From a virus (taxonomy: Duplodnaviria > Caudoviricetes): a stretch of DNA of 64,000 nt. How positions within the stretch are numbered: the first letter of the stretch is position 1; each line of letters starts with the position of its first letter. The translations under genes were made by a program, and so were the position numbers. Positions 57,462 through 64,000 of this stretch are shown one piece after another. Under the pieces are notes generated by a model that was given only the letters and a program-made list of their open reading frames with translations, had not been told where the DNA came from and did no database searches. The stretch lies in IMG/VR virus record IMGVR_UViG_3300007169_000667, positions 26,421 to 90,420 of that record. One strand, 5' to 3'.

Positions 57462-58426
57462 AATTTAATTAATTTTTCTCTTCCGTGATCCTTATAAATG
57501 TCGCTAATGTCTTTACCTAAACTAGCATGGTGGTATAATACAGGAATATCATACATCTCTGATATTTTCTGTGCACCTTCTATACCTGCTCTATCTGCAT
57601 CAAACCACACATATATGTTATCAAATCTTGCTTTGAGTAACTCATAAGCATTTTCTGATATAGGTGTGGTCTCACTTCTTACTGCAACTGCGTTAACTCC
57701 AATAGAGTGTAAAGTCATAACATCTTTAGTACCTTTAGTAATAACCAGTATACTTCCCTTATGAGGAAGCTGTGTGTATCCTTCTAACATTCCTCCGAAG
57801 AAATTTGTTCTAAACTTTACTCTTTTATCCGCATAAGGACGATAAAGTTTAAATTTATCTTTCTCTTTGTAACGATAGCAAGGATCAAAGTCATTATTAA
57901 CGTACCAAATGTTGTCAGCTATCCAAGCTTTGTCTACTCGTCTTACATCATAGAACTTAAGAATACTTGGTGTAACTCCAAATTGAGCCCAATATTCTAA
58001 GTCTTTAGGGGAGAAACGTGTAAGTTTAACTTTGATAGATGCTGGCTTTACTTCTGCTGGCTTTACTGTCTTAAGACTATCTACCTCCATTTTAAGACCT
58101 AATCTATCTTCTAGACTAAAGTTCTTAAGTTGGAAGTCTGATTCAATCTTATAAAGAATATCAGGATACTCATATCCTGTTCTCATTTGAGCTATGTCGA
58201 TACAGTTGTAGTGGACTTTCTCAGTAGCATAATCTATAAAATAAAGATTACCTCCTTGACTCCACTTAAAGAAGCATGTTGCATGTTTATCAGATCTGAA
58301 AGGATTCTTGTACTTGTTTCTTAGGTTAATCTTCTCTCCAAAGTAAAACTCCATGAGCTGTTCTTGTCCTAATAACTTGTATAAAGTTTGGACATTAGGT
58401 CTAATTTCAATACTTGTCAGATCCAT
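57437..58426 (-). CDS. dnaG: DNA primase (DnaG-like, crAss-like type)
   Basis: NPFRSD, Toprim ITKGTKDV, WFDADRAG, KDISD. Confidence 0.8.
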   Translation of the reverse strand: MDLTSIEIRPNVQTLYKLLGQEQLMEFYFGEKINLRNKYKNPFRSDKHATCFFKWSQGGNLYFIDYATEKVHYNCIDIAQMRTGYEYPDILYKIESDFQLKNFSLEDRLGLKMEVDSLKTVKPAEVKPASIKVKLTRFSPKDLEYWAQFGVTPSILKFYDVRRVDKAWIADNIWYVNNDFDPCYRYKEKDKFKLYRPYADKRVKFRTNFFGGMLEGYTQLPHKGSILVITKGTKDVMTLHSIGVNAVAVRSETTPISENAYELLKARFDNIYVWFDADRAGIEGAQKISEMYDIPVLYHHASLGKDISDIYKDHGREKLIKLCHELKIL

Positions 58427-58441
58427 AGGAATGGTTTTTAA

Positions 58442-58476
58442 AAGAAAAAGGGGCTACAAATGTAACCCCTTTTCTT
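58442..58476. terminator. Intrinsic terminator, potentially bidirectional
   Basis: AGGGG-CTACA-AA-TGTAA-CCCCT stem flanked by A-runs and T-runs. Confidence 0.7.
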
Positions 58477-58499
58477 AGAAATGAAACAGATTGTTAAAA

Positions 58500-59339
58500 T
58501 TAAAATAAGCTATCTACATCATCACTTACAGAAGCAGTAGCTACGTCACTTCTTTCCCAAGACATCATGTCATCAGAGAAAGGACTTTCTACTTCGTTAG
58601 AAGCAGGAGCATTGTTCTCTGTGTATTCTTTGAAGTCAAAGGTTCCATAGTAACTCTTAAATCCATACTCACCAGTAACTTGCTTAGCTACATAGTCAGT
58701 AATCTTGCTGTTTACGTTTACAAATACTTTAGTGCAAACGTCTTGGTATTTGTCGTCTTTAATTCCCAACAATACTTTAACACCCATGTTGGCTTTGTTA
58801 AAGTGTGCAAAGAAATCTACCAACTCATTACCTTTACCTTTTGCAATAGAACTCCAAGAGTCCAATACAAATGGCTTCTCTTTAGGAGAGATATTACCAT
58901 AAGCCTTCAATAAAGAATACACAGACTCTTCTCCGCCTTTAGCTTCACGAACACTCTTAAGATCCATTCTACGAGAAGGATCTAAACCTGCTTGTGCTTC
59001 ACTCAAAGCAGCTAAGTTCTCAGCCCAAGAAGTACGAGTAAAGTTATCAATGAACTGTTTCTTACCTGCTTGAGAAGTACGGGTGTCGTTATTAACCCAC
59101 AAAGAGAATTTACCACGCAAATCTGTTTTGAAGTCTGGATGGTTAACATACCAGAAGTCTAAACGCATTCCGTTATCTCCCTCGTAGTTAGGTTCTTTAA
59201 CCTTGTCTTCGTCAATCCCTAACAAAGCAGCAAGTGCTTTAGTAGAAGGGTTAACAGCTACAATTTGGATAGGAGCAAATCCTGTGTACAATTTTTTGCC
59301 TGATGAAGGCTCTCTGGTTTCTAATTCGTCAAATTTCAT
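58500..59339 (-). CDS. Single-stranded DNA-binding protein (crAss-like)
   Basis: LYTG...VAVNP N-terminus, acidic tail ending DDVDSLF, adjacent to the AAA ATPase. Confidence 0.55.
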   Translation of the reverse strand: MKFDELETREPSSGKKLYTGFAPIQIVAVNPSTKALAALLGIDEDKVKEPNYEGDNGMRLDFWYVNHPDFKTDLRGKFSLWVNNDTRTSQAGKKQFIDNFTRTSWAENLAALSEAQAGLDPSRRMDLKSVREAKGGEESVYSLLKAYGNISPKEKPFVLDSWSSIAKGKGNELVDFFAHFNKANMGVKVLLGIKDDKYQDVCTKVFVNVNSKITDYVAKQVTGEYGFKSYYGTFDFKEYTENNAPASNEVESPFSDDMMSWERSDVATASVSDDVDSLF

Positions 59340-59375
59340 AATAGTAATTTTTGTTTTTGTTTAATGTTTAATTTT

Positions 59376-60080
59376 TTATTTTGATTTTGCTGGTGTTGCT
59401 GGTGTTTCTTCTGTATAATAACTGTCAATAGAGTCACATACTGCTTTAAGATCATTAGGGATCAATGTTTCAGAGAACATACCCATTGGGCTCTTAGCAG
59501 GGTAGTTACGATAACGGTTAGTCACAAAATGATAAGTTGCATTCTCGTCTTTATCTTCACCTACGTGAGTGTAAAGACAGATTGTAAACAATCCTTCGAG
59601 AACAATTTGGTTGTCCAATGCTTTACCGATAGTCTTAATCTTCTGACCTACGATATGTCCATCATCCTCGATTGTCTCACTGTGAGTGATGTAGAATACT
59701 TTAAGGTCATTACGAAGCTTACGAGCAGTAGTAAGCATGTTAGTTACGTCCTTCGCTAAATTTACAAACTTACCGAAGCCTACTTCGTTTGCCTTCTTCA
59801 TCATGAGGAATGACATAGAGTAGATAGCATCATCCATTACAATGTTTTTAATGTGAGGTGCTTTTTCGCTAATCTGTTGTAACAAAGTTGTAATTTGGTT
59901 GATGTCGTCTACTTCCATGTAATTCTTAGATTCTAGGTTGTAGAGTTTCTCAGCTCCTTTGAAAGGCAATTCTTTCCGTGCTACGTTAATAATAAAGGTT
60001 TCTTTGGGGTCTAAGGTTCTTACAGACGTAGATTTACCAGTGCCTGAAGGACCTACAATTGCGATTAGTTTTGAACTCAT
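59376..60080 (-). CDS. AAA_24/Sak4-like ATPase
   Basis: GPSGTGKST, IVMDD, FYITHSE, YPAKSPMGMF. Confidence 0.8.
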   Translation of the reverse strand: MSSKLIAIVGPSGTGKSTSVRTLDPKETFIINVARKELPFKGAEKLYNLESKNYMEVDDINQITTLLQQISEKAPHIKNIVMDDAIYSMSFLMMKKANEVGFGKFVNLAKDVTNMLTTARKLRNDLKVFYITHSETIEDDGHIVGQKIKTIGKALDNQIVLEGLFTICLYTHVGEDKDENATYHFVTNRYRNYPAKSPMGMFSETLIPNDLKAVCDSIDSYYTEETPATPAKSK

Positions 60081-60092
60081 TTTATTTTTAAT

Positions 60093-60410
60093 TTATTTTG
60101 TTTCTTCTATATTGTCTACGATGTCTCCTAAAGTATCCCAACCAAAGTTGGCTACAAAATGTACAGCAGCTTCAAAACAATTAGCAATATCCTGTGAGGG
60201 ATCTTCTAATAGTTCTTCTCTCATGTCTGCATTATTGTAGAGTTCCTCTGCTACCCATAGGATATATTCATTTTCTTGGTGCTCTGTCCAGGTATGTTTC
60301 TCATACCATCCTTCCTCTTGGAAGTCTATGCTATCGTAATCTACATTGACTACTTCGCACATCTTTCTTATTAATCTTACTAAATAAGGGTTCTTTGCTT
60401 CTTCAATCAT
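60093..60410 (-). CDS. Hypothetical acidic protein
   Basis: 105 aa ORF in the operon. Confidence 0.5.
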   Translation of the reverse strand: MIEEAKNPYLVRLIRKMCEVVNVDYDSIDFQEEGWYEKHTWTEHQENEYILWVAEELYNNADMREELLEDPSQDIANCFEAAVHFVANFGWDTLGDIVDNIEETK

Positions 60411-60417
60411 TTTTAGT

Positions 60418-61530
60418 TTATCTATTTAAAAAATTCTCATAATGTCTAGCCGTAGGGCTATTCATCTCTTGGGGTCTAGGTAACTCATCAAACTCTCCGT
60501 TAGCTCCGTTAAAGTAAAGTCCTATGCTTGAATTTTCTAAGCCATAGTATCGGTCTTTTAAGAACTTTAGAGATCTGTATTTATTACCTAGTAATGATAC
60601 ATCATAGCCGTTGTGTGTGGCTATGTTGTATCTAGCAGGACTAAACAAACCCATTACTATCTCGTAGTCTTGGTGTACACCCTTATTGATATGAAGTTCC
60701 TCCATTGAGGGTTCTAACTTCTCTTCCATAAGTTGACCTTTGTAAGTGTAGGTTTGTTTTTCTGATGCAGGGGTTTGTTGGTGTACGATTACGTTAACCA
60801 TCTTATAACGCTTAGAGAATACGTCAAGAACATAATCTTTAATCATAAAGTCAAAGGTTTGATAAGACGATAACTTCATCTTGGTATCAGGAGCAATCTC
60901 ATTAGATAGAAGACTGATGTGGTCTAGTACAAAGAATACCCACAAATCTTCTGATTTATACTTATATCCCGATACTATACGCTTACCTTCTTCTATTTCT
61001 TTGTAGGTGTACTCTCCTACCTCTGGATTCTCAAAGAATGCTTTTACGTACTTTGAGATACCCGTAGGATTTCTGATATAGTCTATTACCTCTACAATCT
61101 CCTCTAATCTTTGAATAAACGTTTCTGCTTGCTTAATCTTTTCTAACAGCTCAGAGTTTACTGTGAACTTACCAGTAGACTTAAGTTGTTGTACAGTTAT
61201 TGTTATCTTGTATTTCTCATACATATAGATAGATATAAAAGACAGCCAAAAGTCTGTAGCACTTTCTTCTAAAGCAAAATAGAAAATCTTAGGTTTTATT
61301 CCACTATTGGACATTCTAACCTGCTTGTAGATGTTTAAGATAGTCATGTATTTAGCAAACTTTGACTTACCTACACCTGATGCAGCTGTTAAACAAGTAA
61401 TAGATCCCTTAGTAAATCCACCATAGTGTTCAGCGAGACGAGGAAATGGGGGAGGAATAGAAGTTAAACCTCCTGTCTCTTTTAATGTTTTATTGTGCTC
61501 AATCTGAGCTAAGATTTTCTCAAAGCTCAT
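60418..61530 (-). CDS. dnaB: DnaB-like replicative helicase (motor domain only)
   Basis: Walker A AASGVGKSK, Walker B VLDH, HQQ, KFLKDRY.G. Confidence 0.8.
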   Translation of the reverse strand: MSFEKILAQIEHNKTLKETGGLTSIPPPFPRLAEHYGGFTKGSITCLTAASGVGKSKFAKYMTILNIYKQVRMSNSGIKPKIFYFALEESATDFWLSFISIYMYEKYKITITVQQLKSTGKFTVNSELLEKIKQAETFIQRLEEIVEVIDYIRNPTGISKYVKAFFENPEVGEYTYKEIEEGKRIVSGYKYKSEDLWVFFVLDHISLLSNEIAPDTKMKLSSYQTFDFMIKDYVLDVFSKRYKMVNVIVHQQTPASEKQTYTYKGQLMEEKLEPSMEELHINKGVHQDYEIVMGLFSPARYNIATHNGYDVSLLGNKYRSLKFLKDRYYGLENSSIGLYFNGANGEFDELPRPQEMNSPTARHYENFLNR

Positions 61531-61532
61531 AA

Positions 61533-62114
61533 TTAAAGGATTTGATGACTGTTGTAAGCAGGTCCTGAGCCATTTTTAAGTTCTTCACACCACTTGGCTA
61601 AGTCGCTTTGGTCTACACCATCTACCTTCTTAAAAATAAAATAACCACACTCTCTTATGTATTTAATAGAACCTTGTTGCTTCATATAACTAATACATAA
61701 ATCTGTGGCTTGTGAAATCTCTTCTAGAGTATAGTCATACTCAGAAAGAAACTTAATTAATCGTTTTACTACACTAGACTTATCTGTGGTTTTACCTGAG
61801 ATACCTAGATTCTTAGCACTAAATTTGGATATGAAATCCCCCAACCAAGTCGGGGGAATCACAATATCCTTACTATTACTATGTTTAGGTTCGTCAATAA
61901 AAATTTCCTTAAGACTTTGTTCCTTTAAAGAACCTGGAACTCTACTAACCTGTAGTTTTCCTAAGACTTCTTCTGCATCGGCTTCTTCTAGTGCTTTAGG
62001 TGTCCAACTATAAGTTGTTCCGTTAAATAGAAGCTTCTCTTCGTAAATCCACTTGTCGATTAGTTTCTCTTCTTTAGCTATTGCCCAAAGAACCTCGTAA
62101 AATGTCTTCTTCAT
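61533..62114 (-). CDS. Hypothetical replication-associated protein (possible initiator/loader)
   Basis: 193 aa immediately upstream of DnaB; function inferred from position only. Confidence 0.35.
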   Translation of the reverse strand: MKKTFYEVLWAIAKEEKLIDKWIYEEKLLFNGTTYSWTPKALEEADAEEVLGKLQVSRVPGSLKEQSLKEIFIDEPKHSNSKDIVIPPTWLGDFISKFSAKNLGISGKTTDKSSVVKRLIKFLSEYDYTLEEISQATDLCISYMKQQGSIKYIRECGYFIFKKVDGVDQSDLAKWCEELKNGSGPAYNSHQIL

Positions 62115-62304
62115 CTGCTTTCTTAATTAAAGTAAAGTTTACACCCTTAAATATGTCTTCGGATATAATTTTACCCGGGTCTACAAAGATAACGGATTCA
62201 TCATCTTTTTCCAAGCTAATCTGGTCTTCTAGCCACATTTTTTTCATAAAAAGATAGTCTGGATGTGACTCCAGACTATCTCCATAGTGTTCTATTTCTA
62301 TCAT
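62074..62304 (-). CDS. Hypothetical protein
   Basis: 76 aa; its ATG is embedded in the last unit of the 10-bp array. Confidence 0.45.
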   Translation of the reverse strand: MIEIEHYGDSLESHPDYLFMKKMWLEDQISLEKDDESVIFVDPGKIISEDIFKGVNFTLIKKADEEDILRGSLGNS

Positions 62305-62350
62305 TTACATAACTTTACATAACTTTACATAAATTTACATAACTCTACAT
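62301..62350. repeat. Five tandem 10-bp units (AACTTTACAT consensus; - strand ATGTAAAGTT)
   Basis: tcatttacat aactttacat aactttacat aaatttacat aactctacat. Confidence 0.9.
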
Positions 62351-63118
62351 GTCTGCTATTTCTTGGAAGTCTACTAACCCCTTCATACACTGTTCAATCT
62401 TTGTTGCTACATACTCTTGGTCTTCCTTGGGTACGTTAAATACGCTTTCACAAGCATGACAACAAGTGTGTAATAAAAGATCATTAGTGATTACTAAGGT
62501 ATTTTCTGCATAGCAATGAGGACATACATCATCCATAATCATTTCATCAAGTAAATCTTGTCCTATCTCTTTTACTGTGGGAAAGAAAGCTGAGAAAGAT
62601 TTAAGTTCTGTTCTGATTTTAGGATCTGTATACTCAGGATAACATTCCATAATCCACTCATTGTAAGCTTCATATGCCTTTTCGTCTTCTGAGTCATCGG
62701 AGTCATCAACCAGTTCAGAAGGCATATCTTTACTCCAATAAGTAGATTGCTTGCCTATTTTAGATCCTGTAGACCCTGTAGATCCCTTAGAAGCAGAAGG
62801 CTCAAAAGGATCTTTAGTCTTAGACTTAGATCTTAGATCTACCCATTCTCCAGACATTGTATCATAATGCCAATCATCATCGTCATCATCAATATCAAAC
62901 ATATGAATTTGACGACCTCCATAACCAATAGGGGTAGAGGTAGATTTAACTTTAGATCCTCCATAAGGAAGTTCAGAAGTAAATACAGGTACATCGAAAG
63001 TAAGAGGAATGTTTCTCTCAGCAAGCATAGTAAGCATATCATAAGCAAAGCTAAAAGCATTGATTAAGAGAGCTACACTTGCTACCTCGGTATCTGAATG
63101 CTCGTTAAAATAACCGCA
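62345..63118 (-). CDS. 3' exon of an intron-split gene; M20/M28-like peptidase C-terminus plus acidic linker and Zn ribbon
   Basis: Starts CGYFNEHSDTE (resembles the SCGY.N.H..E metal-ligand motif) right after the terminal G of the intron; ends with CPHC...CHAC. Confidence 0.55.
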   Translation of the reverse strand, partial: CGYFNEHSDTEVASVALLINAFSFAYDMLTMLAERNIPLTFDVPVFTSELPYGGSKVKSTSTPIGYGGRQIHMFDIDDDDDDWHYDTMSGEWVDLRSKSKTKDPFEPSASKGSTGSTGSKIGKQSTYWSKDMPSELVDDSDDSEDEKAYEAYNEWIMECYPEYTDPKIRTELKSFSAFFPTVKEIGQDLLDEMIMDDVCPHCYAENTLVITNDLLLHTCCHACESVFNVPKEDQEYVATKIEQCMKGLVDFQEIADM

Positions 63119-64000
63119 CAATTGTGTTATCCTAGGGACTCTTTATTCCCTAGTTCTTATACTTCCTATTAGTATAAGTTCAGACTATATCATTATCTTA
63201 GAATAATTACTTGGTAGTAAAACTAAGATATTCTGCGCTCGTGGATATTTCTTCTTCAGCACCACCTGTTAAGAATACTTTATCTAGTCGTTACACCTTT
63301 ACAATATTTCTATTGCACTTGGCTCGGGATTGGGATTCTCACCTTTCCCCGAATTCACAGAATTTGCGTATGTAGATCGCTCTACATAGGTCCTGAATAA
63401 CTCGAATTTATTTAATTTACGTTGTAATGCTAATTTATAATCAACTGGTTTTATGAATTCCCAAAAAGGTAAAACAGACTTACGTTTTATATGTAAGTAA
63501 GTTATTCCTGCAGAATTCATACGACAGTAAGTATCAATTTCTTTTGGAAGCCAATTAAGTATTAAGTCTAGTATATCAGTAGTTTTACTACATATATATA
63601 CGATAGGACTTGCTGCTTTTTGATACACTCCAATACACCCATCTCCGTCAAAATATCCTCTTATAAAATGAGGTCTTAACTCTACAGGTAGTTGGAGATT
63701 ACCAAAGCCTTCTGTACTTTTTCTAGGATGGATTCCTTGATTAAAAAGATTTTCTACAAATAGTCTATTGTGTACATCAATTCTCCAAGCAGGAGTTGAT
63801 TGGTATACTTTTTTATTAGACGAAACAATAACTTCTTTAGATTTATAATACTTTAAATCAATAGAATGTTTAATCTCCAAAGCAAGAGTCTCAAGTATAT
63901 ACTTGTCTTGTTCCTGGAGACCCAAAGAAAAAGTATAAGAGTTTCCACTTATTTTATCTTTCTTTATTCTTATACATCCATCAGCAGCAATTAGTCCTAA
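63119..64000 (-). mobile_element. Group I intron (5' end outside the window)
   Basis: On the - strand: P GTGAATTCGGGGAA (63345-63358), Q AATCCCGAGCCAAG (63318-63331), R GTGTAACGACTAGA (63283-63296), S GATATAGTCTGAAC (63178-63191); P7 GACTA/TAGTC; P9-like hairpin; terminal G at 63119. Confidence 0.85.
63299..64000 (-). CDS. Intron-encoded double-motif LAGLIDADG endonuclease (5'-truncated)
   Basis: The frame stays open to base 64000, giving motif 1 LGLIAADGCI; motif 2 is FIRGYFDGDGCI; the 3' end runs into the intron P/Q core. Confidence 0.85.
   Translation of the reverse strand, partial: LGLIAADGCIRIKKDKISGNSYTFSLGLQEQDKYILETLALEIKHSIDLKYYKSKEVIVSSNKKVYQSTPAWRIDVHNRLFVENLFNQGIHPRKSTEGFGNLQLPVELRPHFIRGYFDGDGCIGVYQKAASPIVYICSKTTDILDLILNWLPKEIDTYCRMNSAGITYLHIKRKSVLPFWEFIKPVDYKLALQRKLNKFELFRTYVERSTYANSVNSGKGENPNPEPSAIEIL

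Noticed and set aside
52422-61530. Inteins or introns in polA, primase or dnaB
   Set aside because: The proteins are compact, with contiguous motifs and no splicing signatures.
662-62013. Short overlapping and antisense ORFs in the track (e.g. 4923-5132, 15341-15568, 25675-25995, 44483-44767, 53704-54003)
   Set aside because: They shadow long, motif-bearing genes, lack A-rich leaders, and have no recognisable motifs.
62301-62350. CRISPR array
   Set aside because: The 10-bp units are contiguous with no spacers, and no cas genes are present.
1-64000. Stop-codon reassignment as in some crAss-like phages
   Set aside because: Multi-kb ORFs are unbroken in the standard code, and TAG (28360, 62345) and TGA (49977, 50153) act as real stops.
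1-64000. tRNA or rRNA genes
   Set aside because: Intergenic gaps are short, and I saw no cloverleaf or T-loop signatures.

Overview
This window is part of a large lytic phage of Bacteroidota, crAss-like (Crassvirales-related), read in the standard genetic code. The + strand (1-45745) is the late/virion arm. It holds tail ring and muzzle genes, small basic core proteins, five ejection proteins (three giant, one carrying the DFDID-type virion RNA polymerase and two carrying zincin motifs), a fibre cluster with a GIY-YIG endonuclease, and a holin/spanin-like cassette. The - strand (45746-64000) is the replication/recombination arm: a separately promoted fibre-like gene, GroES, dCMP deaminase, RecE-like exonuclease, HNH, DUF5664, PolA, Nin-like proteins, UDG, a DnaA domain-IV protein, primase, SSB, Sak4-like ATPase and DnaB. 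It ends in a group I intron with a LAGLIDADG ORF. Bacteroidota-type promoters (TTG-N19-TAnnTTTG) and AGGGG/CCCCT terminators punctuate the operons. The most striking unexplained pattern is that the three giant ejection proteins (6,669 aa together) contain only four cysteines, one at each of the four ends where consecutive proteins meet, which suggests a head-to-tail chain or a cysteine-switch system. Also notable are GG-motif-delimited modular core proteins (one module is beta-barrel-like), an inverted repeat bracketing the holin promoter, and a 10-bp ATG-stop tandem array ahead of the helicase operon. All product names come from motif recognition and synteny; no database search was run.
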